Shown piece after piece: positions 9,895 through 18,911 of a stretch of DNA of 26,175 nucleotides (within the stretch, counting starts at the first letter, position 1; the number at the start of each line of letters is the position of its first letter). The position numbers and the translations under genes were made by a program. The stretch lies in contig JAOZKP010000004.1 in NCBI GenBank assembly GCA_029935295.1, positions 1 to 26,175 on the forward strand, in the 5' to 3' direction. The notes below the pieces were generated by a model. The model had not been told where the DNA came from and did not search any database. It saw only the letters and a program-made list of their open reading frames with translations. This DNA is from a bacterium. GTDB lineage: Bacteria > Desulfobacterota > Anaeroferrophillalia > Anaeroferrophillales > Tharpellaceae.

Positions 9895-10755
9895 TTAATT
9901 TAAGGCCTCGGCCCCACTGACGATTTCCATAAGCTCAGTTGTAATCGCCGCCTGCCGGGCCCGATTATAAATAAGTGTCAATTTTGCCGTCATCTCAGTT
10001 GCATTATTAGTCGCCGAATCCATTGCTGTCATCCGTGAACCATGTTCACTGGCAATTGATTCTAGCAGCATTCTAAAAATCTGGGTTGATATATAACGGG
10101 GAATAATGTCCGCAAGTAAAGCCCCTTCTGAAGGTTCATAGAGATACTCAACCGGAAACTCATCTTCAGCCAGAGCTTTAGGCTCCAACGGCAGCAGACG
10201 CTTAACCTGTACAGTCTGGGTCATTGCCGACTGGAAATCGGTGTAGGCAACATAAACAGCATCAACCTCACCTTCAACATAGCGGTCAATGACCGGACGA
10301 GCAATCGCTTCAGCTTGAGAAAAACTGGTGCTTCCGGGATTTAACTCCTCAGTCTGGAACTCCCAACCCCGGCGGCGGTAATAATCACGCGCCTTGCGGC
10401 CAACTACACTCAGAAGTACCGATTCATCTTCAGTGCCTCTCTCCTTCAGAAAAATGTCCGCCGCTTTCGTGACATTGGTATTGAAACCGCCACAAAGACC
10501 GCGATCTGAAGTAATCACCAGCAGCTCAACCTTCTTCTCCTCGCGCCGTTCTAAAAGCGGGTGTTTACCCGGTTTTACCCGAACTGCAAGGCTGGCTAGC
10601 ACATCACTCATTTTCGCAGCGTAGGGACGGGCCTGAACGACACTGTCCTGCGCCTTTTTGAGCTTGGATGCGGCCACCATCTGCATCGCTTTGGTGATCT
10701 GCTGAGTGCTCTTGACACTGTTAATGCGTTTTCTAATATCTTTAAGATTCGCCAT
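9895..10755 (-). CDS. atpG: F1 ATP synthase gamma subunit
   Basis: QITKAMQMVAASKL, SDRGLCGGFN, SEHGSRMTAMDSATNNA, RQAAITTELMEIVSGA. Confidence 0.99.
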   Translation of the reverse strand: MANLKDIRKRINSVKSTQQITKAMQMVAASKLKKAQDSVVQARPYAAKMSDVLASLAVRVKPGKHPLLERREEKKVELLVITSDRGLCGGFNTNVTKAADIFLKERGTEDESVLLSVVGRKARDYYRRRGWEFQTEELNPGSTSFSQAEAIARPVIDRYVEGEVDAVYVAYTDFQSAMTQTVQVKRLLPLEPKALAEDEFPVEYLYEPSEGALLADIIPRYISTQIFRMLLESIASEHGSRMTAMDSATNNATEMTAKLTLIYNRARQAAITTELMEIVSGAEALN

Positions 10756-10851
10756 CTATCAATAATCCTGGTTTCAGGCTAAGACTTAATCAACTATAAA
10801 CCAATCTTCAAAAAGAGTGGAATGAACCTCAATTAAACAAGGCTTAAAATT

Positions 10852-12360
10852 TTACGCCTTAAAAACTTCCTTGAAAGCGTTCAGAGCATCTTCAAGGTTG
10901 CCCTTAACTTCATCATCAATTTTCTTTTTCTCTTGCACAGCATCGATAAGTGAAGAATAGTTCGCTGCCAGGAAATTGAACAGCTCTTCTTCGTAACGCA
11001 GAAGAATCTCGACATCGTAATCATCCAAAAAGCCATTAATCGCCGCATAGATGATAACAACTTGTTTTTCCATGGGGAAGGGAGAGTACTGATCCTGTTT
11101 AAGAATTTCAACCAAACGTACGCCCCGAGCTAACATTGCCTGGGTAGTTTTGTCAAGATCACTACCAAACTGAGCAAAGGCCGCCATTTCCCGATACTGG
11201 GCAAGATCCAGACGCAAAGTACCGGCAACCTGTTTCATCGCTTTAACCTGGGCTGAGCCGCCGACCCGGGAAACCGAGAGACCAACGTTAATTGCGGGTC
11301 TGATACCGGAGTAGAAAAGATCTGATTCAAGGAAGATCTGACCGTCAGTAATTGAAATTACGTTGGTCGGAATATAAGCGGATACGTCACCGGCCTGAGT
11401 TTCAATGATCGGCAATGCGGTCAAGGAGCCTCCGCCACGTTCATCACTCATTTTTGCAGCCCGTTCAAGCAAACGTGAATGAACGTAGAAAACATCACCC
11501 GGATAAGCTTCACGACCCGGAGGACGACGCAGCAAAAGTGAGAGCTGACGATAGGCTACCGCCTGTTTCGAAAGATCATCATAAATAATTAGAGCATGTT
11601 TACCGCTATCGCGGAAATACTCACCCATGGTTACCCCGGTATAGGGAGAAATAAACTGCAATGGTGCCGGTTCACTCGCAGTAGAAGCAACAACGGTTGT
11701 ATACTCCATCGCGCCATGCTCTTCAAGTTTGGCAACTACCTGCGCAACAGTTGAACGCTTCTGCCCGATCGCAACATAGATACAGTAAACATCGGTATTT
11801 TTCTGATTAATAATAGTATCAAGGGCAACTGCAGTTTTACCAGTCTGCCGATCACCAATAATAAGCTCACGCTGGCCACGACCAATTGGAACCATTGAGT
11901 CAATCGCTTTAAGTCCAGTCTGCAACGGCTCGGATACTGACTGCCGATCAACAATTCCTGGAGCTTTGACCTCTACCCGGCGAGCCTGATCAGTATCAAT
12001 CGGCCCTTTGCCATCGATCGGCTGACCCAAAGCATTCACAACCCGACCTAAAAGAGCTTCACCAACCGGAACCTCAACGATACGGCCGGTACGTTTAACT
12101 TCGTCACCTTCACCGATTTCGATATCTTCACCGAAAAGTGCAGCGCCGACATTGTCTTCTTCAAGGTTAAGAACCATACCGTAAATATCATGCGGGAACA
12201 ACAGAAGCTCCCCAGCCATGGCATTCTCCAGGCCATAAATACGCGCGATCCCATCACCAACCGTCAGGATGGTTCCGGTTTCACTAACCTCTACCTTCTT
12301 CTCATAGTTTTCTATCTGATCTTTGATAATTTGACTTATCTCTTCAGCGCGTAATTCCAT
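10852..12360 (-). CDS. atpA: F1 ATP synthase alpha subunit
   Basis: [10 protein letters not shown], Walker [37 protein letters not shown]. Confidence 0.99.
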   Translation of the reverse strand: MELRAEEISQIIKDQIENYEKKVEVSETGTILTVGDGIARIYGLENAMAGELLLFPHDIYGMVLNLEEDNVGAALFGEDIEIGEGDEVKRTGRIVEVPVGEALLGRVVNALGQPIDGKGPIDTDQARRVEVKAPGIVDRQSVSEPLQTGLKAIDSMVPIGRGQRELIIGDRQTGKTAVALDTIINQKNTDVYCIYVAIGQKRSTVAQVVAKLEEHGAMEYTTVVASTASEPAPLQFISPYTGVTMGEYFRDSGKHALIIYDDLSKQAVAYRQLSLLLRRPPGREAYPGDVFYVHSRLLERAAKMSDERGGGSLTALPIIETQAGDVSAYIPTNVISITDGQIFLESDLFYSGIRPAINVGLSVSRVGGSAQVKAMKQVAGTLRLDLAQYREMAAFAQFGSDLDKTTQAMLARGVRLVEILKQDQYSPFPMEKQVVIIYAAINGFLDDYDVEILLRYEEELFNFLAANYSSLIDAVQEKKKIDDEVKGNLEDALNAFKEVFKA

Positions 12361-12561
12361 GGCCTCTTACTACTCCCTAAAAAACAGTTTCTTTAGTGCC
12401 TTACAGGTTATTTTTCTATTTGAAAAAACATAAAAATATTCTGATAAAAGCACTTACTTGCGAGCCCAGCCCGCGTTAGTTGTGATAAACCGTCTCTAAA
12501 ACTTAACTTTTATATAAAAATCACCGTTAAATAAACGGTCGTATTTTTCAACCAGTAAAAC

Positions 12562-13101
12562 TTATGCGCAAAGCGCCTCGCCCATCTGTTTAAGCTGAGT
12601 TTTTATGCTGCCGTCATAAACCATACCACCATAACGGGCAACTACCCCCCCAAGCAAACTCTTATCAACCGACACTTCAAGTTCAACCTCTTTACCGGTC
12701 AGTTTAGAAAATTCAGCCTTAAGTTTGGTAATAGATTTCTTATCCAGTTTTGCGGCACTGGCAACCTCCACCTTGAGCCGGCCTTCGGCATCATCAACCA
12801 GACGGCTGAAATTTTCAGCCACCAAACTGACATAGGTGAGTTTATTTTTATCAACCAGAAGACTCAAAAGAGAGTGCAACGACTTAGATAAATCAAATTT
12901 AGCCAGTATCGCATTGAGTACGGCTTTTCTTTCGACAGTCTCAAAAACCGGGTTAAAGAGAACCCCACGCAATTCCGACTCTTTATCGAAGAAAGCAACA
13001 ATCTCGCTCAACTCTGATTGCGCTTCAGTCAAACGCCCTTGCTCTTTGGCTAACTCAAAATAAGCCCTGGCATATCTTTTGGCAATAATATCGCGAATCA
13101 A
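12562..13101 (-). CDS. atpH: ATP synthase delta subunit
   Basis: IAKRYARAYF N-terminus, VDKSLLGGVVARYG..YDGSIKTQL C-terminus; TTG start 1 nt after the atpF stop. Confidence 0.96.
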   Translation of the reverse strand: MIRDIIAKRYARAYFELAKEQGRLTEAQSELSEIVAFFDKESELRGVLFNPVFETVERKAVLNAILAKFDLSKSLHSLLSLLVDKNKLTYVSLVAENFSRLVDDAEGRLKVEVASAAKLDKKSITKLKAEFSKLTGKEVELEVSVDKSLLGGVVARYGGMVYDGSIKTQLKQMGEALCA

Positions 13102-13102
13102 C

Positions 13103-13723
13103 TTACGTCCTCACTACTTTTTCGAGATAATTTTCGACCATCCGCTGACGATCGCTGTCATCGACATTCTCTTTCACCAGACGTTCGGCAACTTCAACTG
13201 CCAGTTTCGCGGCTTCATTCCGCAGACTGCGCTGGGCTGAAGCAACTTCCTGATCCGCCATCTGCCGCGCCTGCAGCTTGAGTTTCGCCACCAAAGCCTC
13301 AGTCTCCTGCCGCATACGTTCCTGCTCACGCTCGGCTTCAAGCCGGGACTTCTCTTCCATAGCTTTAAGCTCATCTTCGAGCCCGGCAAGTTTCGCCTGA
13401 TAATCATTGAAGATTTTTTCTGCGGCAACCTTGGCGTCCTGGGCTTCTGAAACCCCCTGCTGCAAGGACTCACGCCGTCCGACAAAAAATTCACGAACCG
13501 GTTTACCGGCAAATTTAATTATGACCCACAGCAAAATAGAAATATTAAGTATACGCCAGAGGAAATCTTTCAGCAACGGCATCGGATCTTCCATCAGGAG
13601 TGCGAAGAGGCTCTTATGCTCGGCACCCCCGGTTTCTGAGGCCTGAGCCGCCGCCACCAACAATCCCACCAGAACCACTGCCAAAACAATTTTTCCGGCA
13701 TTTTTTTGCAAGCGAATCTTCAT
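13103..13723 (-). CDS. atpF: Fo ATP synthase subunit b (with N-terminal signal-like extension)
   Basis: TM segment LWRILNISILLWVIIKFAGKP followed by a charged coiled coil; position directly before atpH. Confidence 0.92.
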   Translation of the reverse strand: MKIRLQKNAGKIVLAVVLVGLLVAAAQASETGGAEHKSLFALLMEDPMPLLKDFLWRILNISILLWVIIKFAGKPVREFFVGRRESLQQGVSEAQDAKVAAEKIFNDYQAKLAGLEDELKAMEEKSRLEAEREQERMRQETEALVAKLKLQARQMADQEVASAQRSLRNEAAKLAVEVAERLVKENVDDSDRQRMVENYLEKVVRT

Positions 13724-13757
13724 TCCGTTCTATCCCTCGTCTTTCAAAAAAGGCAGA

Positions 13758-14183
13758 TTAAATTTTCTTATCCAAAACCTTGCCCGCAATCTCACGTGCC
13801 AAGCCATCAACATTAGCAACCAACTCTTTGCGCACAACTTCTATATCATGACGCACCCGGTCCCGGGCCGATTCAACCTGAGCCTGGGCCTCCTCCCGCG
13901 CCTTGTCCATCAATTCTCGAGACTCTTTACCAGCGCTCTCCCGCATAGCCGAAGTCCGGGCAAACAACTCCTCTTTAGCAGCAGTCAGACGAACCCTATA
14001 GTCCTCCTGATTTTTCCCAGCCTGTTCCTGCATATCCTGGGCACTGGCAAACGTCCCTTCAACCTTGGCTTTCCGCGCATCGATAATCCGCAAGACCGGC
14101 TTGAAAAGGAAAAAATTCAAGAAGATCATCAGGCTAACAAAGATGCCCCACTGAATTAATAATGTCGCATTAAGATCAATCAC
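13758..14183 (-). CDS. atpF2: Fo ATP synthase subunit b' (second b-type stalk subunit)
   Basis: MIDLNATLLIQWGIF..LNFFLFKPVLRIIDARK; GTG start with AGGAG SD; first gene of the atp unit. Confidence 0.92.
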   Translation of the reverse strand: MIDLNATLLIQWGIFVSLMIFLNFFLFKPVLRIIDARKAKVEGTFASAQDMQEQAGKNQEDYRVRLTAAKEELFARTSAMRESAGKESRELMDKAREEAQAQVESARDRVRHDIEVVRKELVANVDGLAREIAGKVLDKKI

Positions 14184-14365
14184 AACCGCTAATCTCCTAG
14201 AAAAAGATACGTTATTTGCAGGTTAAACACAGGCCAGACTGATTCACTGATTTCAAGTGGTCTGCCGTCAAATAAAACGTAGTGTAACTGACAAATCAGC
14301 TTCTTTAATCCCAACCCAATACATGAGCCGTTCAACAAATTTGCCACTCACTATAAAGCGGCGCC

Positions 14366-14395
14366 TAGTTATCATAGCTAACGTTTTCAAGTCAA
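14366..14395 (-). promoter_or_regulatory. Candidate atp promoter
   Basis: Minus strand TTGACT-N18-TAACTA with a TG extended -10 motif, preceded by an A-rich UP-like tract; about 180 nt upstream of atpF'. Confidence 0.3.
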
Positions 14396-14509
14396 GGTTT
14401 TTTTATACTTTTTCCCCACCCCATAATAACTTAATAATTATTAAAAAAATCAACTGCAAAAAACCAGATTTTCCATTAACAAGATTAACGTCGGCGAAAG
14501 TTTTGCTGA

Positions 14510-14558
14510 TGAATAGTTACAAAAAATCTTGACATCACACTACAATTAATTGTAACTT
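14510..14558 (+). promoter_or_regulatory. Candidate mrp promoter with overlapping operator repeats
   Basis: TTGACA (14529-14534), N18, TAACTT (14553-14558); inverted repeat AGTTACAA (14515-14522) / TTGTAACT (14550-14557); perfect palindrome TACAATTAATTGTA (14541-14554). Confidence 0.5.
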
Positions 14559-14699
14559 CGAACTACATGTAAAGATCATAAACCCTTCCATTGACTTATC
14601 GGCACATCTATGGATAAGAAGAATGCTACTCACAGGACTCATACATATAGTCCGCTCACAGCTTACCACCCGATCTTTAGTCAAAGACGGATTGAACAG

Positions 14700-15707
14700 G
14701 TGCGGCATTTCGCCCTAGCTTTCGTTCTGCTTTTTCTTTTCTGGCTTTTGCTCTCAGGTCATTATGACATTTTCCACATCTCAATCGGTATTTTTTGCTG
14801 CCTTTTTATATCCTATACCTCGGGTGATTTTTTATTTCTTCATATCGGCGCTGGGGATACACACCTCATTATCCCACGCCTTTTGATGTACATCCCGTGG
14901 CTCTTTTATCAGATTGTTTCCTCCAACATTCATCTTGTAAAGCTTGTATTTTCACCTATCAATCGACTCAATCCACGGATCCTGCCCTACCAGGTTAAGT
15001 TAACCAACGGCCTGTCCCTGGTAACCTTAGCCAACTCAATAACCTTGACCCCTGGCACCATTACAATTGAGCTTGAAGATAACACCTTCTTCATCCACGC
15101 CATCGATGATGCTTCAGCTAATGACCTTCTAACCGGAGAGATGGAAAATCGGGTGGACAAAGTTTTTCTACCAATTGCCCACACGAAAAAAAGATCGCGG
15201 GAAATGCTGGCAGCCGAAGCTGACAACCTGATTGTCAAAACCGTGGTTCGCCTTTTCACTCCTTTCATCCAGATATATGCTCTCTACGTTATCGCCCACG
15301 GCCACTATTCGCCCGGCGGTGGATTTCAGGGCGGTGTTATCCTGGCAGCCGGCATTATCTTACTCTCACTTGCATTCGGACTCAAAAAAACCCTGACGAA
15401 AATCACCGAGAGACTAATCGTTATGCTCAGCAGTCTCGGGGTCCTGATCTACGGTGGCATCGGCCTTCTCTGCCTCCTTTTAGGCGGCAATTATCTTGAC
15501 TACAAGGAACTTGACATCTTGCTCAACATTGGAATTCCGCAGGCTCGTTCGATGGGGATCCTAGGAGTTGAAATAGGAGTCGGGATTGCGGTAATGGCCT
15601 GCATGATCTCAATCTTTTATGACATTGCTACAGCTGGTGACCTTCCTGACCATAATCAATCTGTTGATGAGAACATAGAAAGCTTTAATCCCGGAGACAG
15701 CAATTAA
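14700..15707 (+). CDS. Fused Mrp/Mnh antiporter subunit E + subunit B
   Basis: N-half is MrpE (FWLLLSGH..., TLANSITLTPGTITI, IHAID); C-half is MrpB (GHYSPGGGFQGGVI, GILGVEIGVGIAV). Probable GTG start at 14700; the frame is open from the ATG at 14610, which lacks an SD. Confidence 0.9.
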   Translation: MRHFALAFVLLFLFWLLLSGHYDIFHISIGIFCCLFISYTSGDFLFLHIGAGDTHLIIPRLLMYIPWLFYQIVSSNIHLVKLVFSPINRLNPRILPYQVKLTNGLSLVTLANSITLTPGTITIELEDNTFFIHAIDDASANDLLTGEMENRVDKVFLPIAHTKKRSREMLAAEADNLIVKTVVRLFTPFIQIYALYVIAHGHYSPGGGFQGGVILAAGIILLSLAFGLKKTLTKITERLIVMLSSLGVLIYGGIGLLCLLLGGNYLDYKELDILLNIGIPQARSMGILGVEIGVGIAVMACMISIFYDIATAGDLPDHNQSVDENIESFNPGDSN

Positions 15708-15973
15708 TGGAGAGTTTTTTTCTTGGTGTCTGCCTATTTCTCTGCCTCCTGGTACTACCTTGCCTCTATAGGGCTATCGTCGGACCAACCGTTATTGACC
15801 GCATGGTTGCAATTGGTGCTATCGGCACCAAGACACTGGTTATACTGGTTTTGATGGGGTTTTTGTACAAACGTATTGCTATGTTTATCGATATCAGCAT
15901 GGTATACGCAATCTTAAATTTTATCAGCACCTTGGCAGCAGCCCGCTATTTTGAAGTAAAAGGAGAAATTTAG
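15707..15973 (+). CDS. mrpF: Mrp/Mnh antiporter subunit F
   Basis: YRAIVGPTVIDRMVA motif, 3 TM, 88 aa; start overlaps the upstream stop. Confidence 0.92.
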   Translation: MESFFLGVCLFLCLLVLPCLYRAIVGPTVIDRMVAIGAIGTKTLVILVLMGFLYKRIAMFIDISMVYAILNFISTLAAARYFEVKGEI

Positions 15974-15974
15974 A

Positions 15975-16286
15975 ATGACTGTCGCTGACATTCTAACCAT
16001 AATTTTCCTTGTCACCGGGTGTTTTCTGTTTATGACTGGCTCAATTGGTCTGGTTCGTTTCCCTGATTTTTATACCCGAATGCACGCCACCGGTAAGAGT
16101 GACACCCTGGCAGTTCTTTTTTGCCTCTTCGGGGTTGCGATCTACCATGGACTGACCCTGGACAGCATCAAGCTGGTACTGATTGCAGTCTTTGTTTTTA
16201 TTGCCAATCCGACCGGTACCCACTCTATCTGTCGGGCAGCGTTTCGCTGCAATATCAAACCCTGGACCAGAAAAAAGGGAAAGTAA
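15975..16286 (+). CDS. mrpG: Mrp/Mnh antiporter subunit G
   Basis: GLVRFPDFYTRMHATGKSDTL and ANPTGTH motifs. Confidence 0.93.
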   Translation: MTVADILTIIFLVTGCFLFMTGSIGLVRFPDFYTRMHATGKSDTLAVLFCLFGVAIYHGLTLDSIKLVLIAVFVFIANPTGTHSICRAAFRCNIKPWTRKKGK

Positions 16287-16289
16287 GGC

Positions 16290-16535
16290 ATGATCTGGCA
16301 ACTGGATATACTTCTCCTCATATTTATCGTCGTCTGCGCTATCGCTGCCATAAATATCAAGGATTTAATGGGGGCTGTGATTATTCTCGGAGCCTACAGC
16401 TTTTTCATGTGCCTGCTCTGGACGGAAATGGGGGCAGTTGATGTTGCCTTCACTGAAGCCTCGGTTGGGGCCGGCATCAGCACGGTTCTTTTCATTGCGG
16501 CCGTCAACCGAACCGCGAGGAGGTCAAAAGACTAG
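16290..16535 (+). CDS. DUF4040-type Mrp subunit (MbhD-like; corresponds to part of the MrpA C-terminus)
   Basis: MGAVDVAFTEASVGAGISTVLF motif, 3 TM, 81 aa. Confidence 0.88.
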   Translation: MIWQLDILLLIFIVVCAIAAINIKDLMGAVIILGAYSFFMCLLWTEMGAVDVAFTEASVGAGISTVLFIAAVNRTARRSKD

Positions 16536-16837
16536 TGCGAAACTGGTTCAAATTAATTTCTATGGCTGCGGTAATAATAACCGGCGCCCTCCTGATTTAC
16601 GGAACCCACGACATGCCCGCTTGGGGTGATCCTGATTCACCAGCCAACAGCCATGTCTCACCCCGATATATTACTGAGGCGACAAAGAAAACTGCCACCC
16701 CCAATATTGTCTCAGCGGTCTTGGCTGACTACAGAAGTTACGATACCCTGGGTGAATCGGCGGTTATTTTTACTGCTTCAATCTCCTGTTTTTTTCTCCT
16801 GCGCCGGATTCGCAATAAAGAGGATCATAATGACTGA
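16535..16837 (+). CDS. MbhE-like/MnhB-related small Mrp subunit
   Basis: TPNIVSAVLADYRSYDTLGESAVIF motif (NxVxA...D.R..DT.GE); GTG start overlaps the upstream TAG. Confidence 0.88.
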   Translation: MRNWFKLISMAAVIITGALLIYGTHDMPAWGDPDSPANSHVSPRYITEATKKTATPNIVSAVLADYRSYDTLGESAVIFTASISCFFLLRRIRNKEDHND

Positions 16838-17261
16838 ATACATCCTCGCAAAATACAACTACTGGATCTATGTTGTCCTGATGATGATTGGCCTCTACGC
16901 CATGATGGGAAAACGTAACCTGGTCAAAAAATTGATCGGCATGAATATCTTCCAGACCTCTATCATTCTTCTGTTTGTCTCAACCGGGGTCAAAAAGGGC
17001 GGAGCAACTGTGCCGATCCTGATGCATGCTGGCCATGAACATGGAGCACAATTAATTCAGGTGTCTGACTATTTGAACCCATTACCGCATGTTTTAATGC
17101 TGACAGCCATTGTTGTCTCGATTGCAACTACCGGAGTTGCCCTGGCAACTCTTATCCTGATCTACAAGCGCTACCACACATTAGAAGAAGATGAGATCTT
17201 GGCCATCAGGAGGGAGTCTCGCGCGTACAAGACACCGCGGATATTGAATCCCACTGATTGA
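16830..17261 (+). CDS. mrpC: Mrp/Mnh antiporter subunit C
   Basis: NLVKKLIGMNIF, NPLPHVLMLTAIVVSIA. True start is the ATG at 16830 (SD GAGGA), not the ORF-track start at 16626. Confidence 0.92.
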   Translation: MTEYILAKYNYWIYVVLMMIGLYAMMGKRNLVKKLIGMNIFQTSIILLFVSTGVKKGGATVPILMHAGHEHGAQLIQVSDYLNPLPHVLMLTAIVVSIATTGVALATLILIYKRYHTLEEDEILAIRRESRAYKTPRILNPTD

Positions 17262-17345
17262 TGCCGTCATCCGTAGACATCTTTTTCAAACTTTCACAAA
17301 ACCGATCATTAGGTTTGTCTTTCTCAAGGAAGCTTTACATAAATA

Positions 17346-18845
17346 ATGAGTGATCAACTGCCCGCCTTAATCATTGTTGCCCCGTTGCTCGGAGCCTTTT
17401 TGACGCCGATCATCGGCTGGTGGAATCGCCACCTGAGCCATCCCTGGGTTCTAATGGTACTGACAATTCCGCTCTACGCAGCTTATAGCTCACTCTTTAA
17501 GGTTATAAAAAACGGACCTTTCGGCTATAATCTCGGAGGCTGGGCTCCACCCTGGGGCATCGAATACCGGATCGATTACTTAAGTGCCATGATGCTGGTG
17601 CTGATCACAACTATCGGATTTTTAGCCGCAATCAACGCAAAATCTGCTGGCAATACCGAATTCAAAGGCAAAGAGGCACAATTCTACACCCTTTTTCTTC
17701 TGCAGATTACAGGTTTTCTCGGAATTGTTATCACCGGCGATCTTTTTAACGTCTTTGTATTTCTCGAAATTTCCTCCCTTTCCGGATACGGCCTTATCGC
17801 TCACGGCGAAGAAGGGGCCCCGATGGCGACCTTCAACTATATTATTATCGGTACTATCGGTGCCAGCTTTTACCTGCTCGGGGTCGGCTATCTCTATATG
17901 GCGACCGGCTCTTTGAATATTGCTGATCTGGCAACCCTGCTACCTGCCCTCTACCACTCGAAAATGGTGCTTGTCGGTTTTGCCTTCTTCACCACCGGGG
18001 TTGCCATCAAGATGGGACTTTTTCCGCTCCATATCTGGATGCCGGATGCCTACACAACTGCCCCGAATTCGGTCAGCACCCTGATTGCTCCATTGATGAC
18101 CAAGGTTGCAGCCTACCTTTTGATTCGTATTCTATTTACGCTTTTTAAACCTGACTTTGCACTCTCAGTCGTCCCGATTGCGACTATCTTAGGCTGGCTC
18201 GCGGTGGCCGCCATAGTGGTCGGCGGGGTTAAAGCCTTAGCTCAAACCGATATCAAACGCATGGTCACCTATATTATGGTTGCCGAAGTGGGCTATATCG
18301 TCATGGGCATAAGCGTCATGAACCGGGCCGGCTTAACCGGAGCAATACTCCACATTATCAACGATGCATGTATGCTTCTCTGCCTCTTTCTGGTTATCGG
18401 AGCAATCTCATTTAAAGGGCATGGTCGCGAGATCTATCATTTTCAAAATCTCAATAAAAAGATGCCCTTGACCATGGCGGCATTTGTGATTGTCGCTCTT
18501 TCAATGTGCGGCATCCCGCCGGCCTGCGGTTTTTTCAGCAAATGGTATCTGATCATGGGTACTATCGTCGCCAAACAGTGGGTTTTCACTGCCACCCTGC
18601 TGGCTAGCAGCCTGATAAATGCGGTTCTTTTTTTCCGTATTATCGAAAAAGCCTATCTGGCACCACCGGAAGACGTAGCCGCCGGCCTTGATCATACGGA
18701 AGCAGTTATTATTACCCGCGATAAAGTACCACTCACCATGATAGTACCGATCTTAATAAGCGCAGCGATAATCCTTATTCTCGGGCCATTAAGCGGGAAG
18801 ATCATTGAAACTGTGATCCAGCATGCAGTACCGGCAATTTTTTAG
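17346..18845 (+). CDS. mrpD: Mrp antiporter subunit D family protein (copy 1)
   Basis: GDLFNVFVFLEISS, KMGLFPLHIWMPDAY, MTKV, GIPPACGFFSKW. Confidence 0.92.
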   Translation: MSDQLPALIIVAPLLGAFLTPIIGWWNRHLSHPWVLMVLTIPLYAAYSSLFKVIKNGPFGYNLGGWAPPWGIEYRIDYLSAMMLVLITTIGFLAAINAKSAGNTEFKGKEAQFYTLFLLQITGFLGIVITGDLFNVFVFLEISSLSGYGLIAHGEEGAPMATFNYIIIGTIGASFYLLGVGYLYMATGSLNIADLATLLPALYHSKMVLVGFAFFTTGVAIKMGLFPLHIWMPDAYTTAPNSVSTLIAPLMTKVAAYLLIRILFTLFKPDFALSVVPIATILGWLAVAAIVVGGVKALAQTDIKRMVTYIMVAEVGYIVMGISVMNRAGLTGAILHIINDACMLLCLFLVIGAISFKGHGREIYHFQNLNKKMPLTMAAFVIVALSMCGIPPACGFFSKWYLIMGTIVAKQWVFTATLLASSLINAVLFFRIIEKAYLAPPEDVAAGLDHTEAVIITRDKVPLTMIVPILISAAIILILGPLSGKIIETVIQHAVPAIF

Positions 18846-18911
18846 CTAAAAAATTGGTTTATTCGTTACAACTCGGAATAAGTAAAAATTTAATGTAAGG
18901 ACTTTTGTTTT

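Noticed and set aside
16626-16829. 68-aa N-terminal extension of MrpC
   Set aside because: It overlaps the MbhE-like gene in another frame; the ATG at 16830 has a good SD and matches the expected MrpC size.
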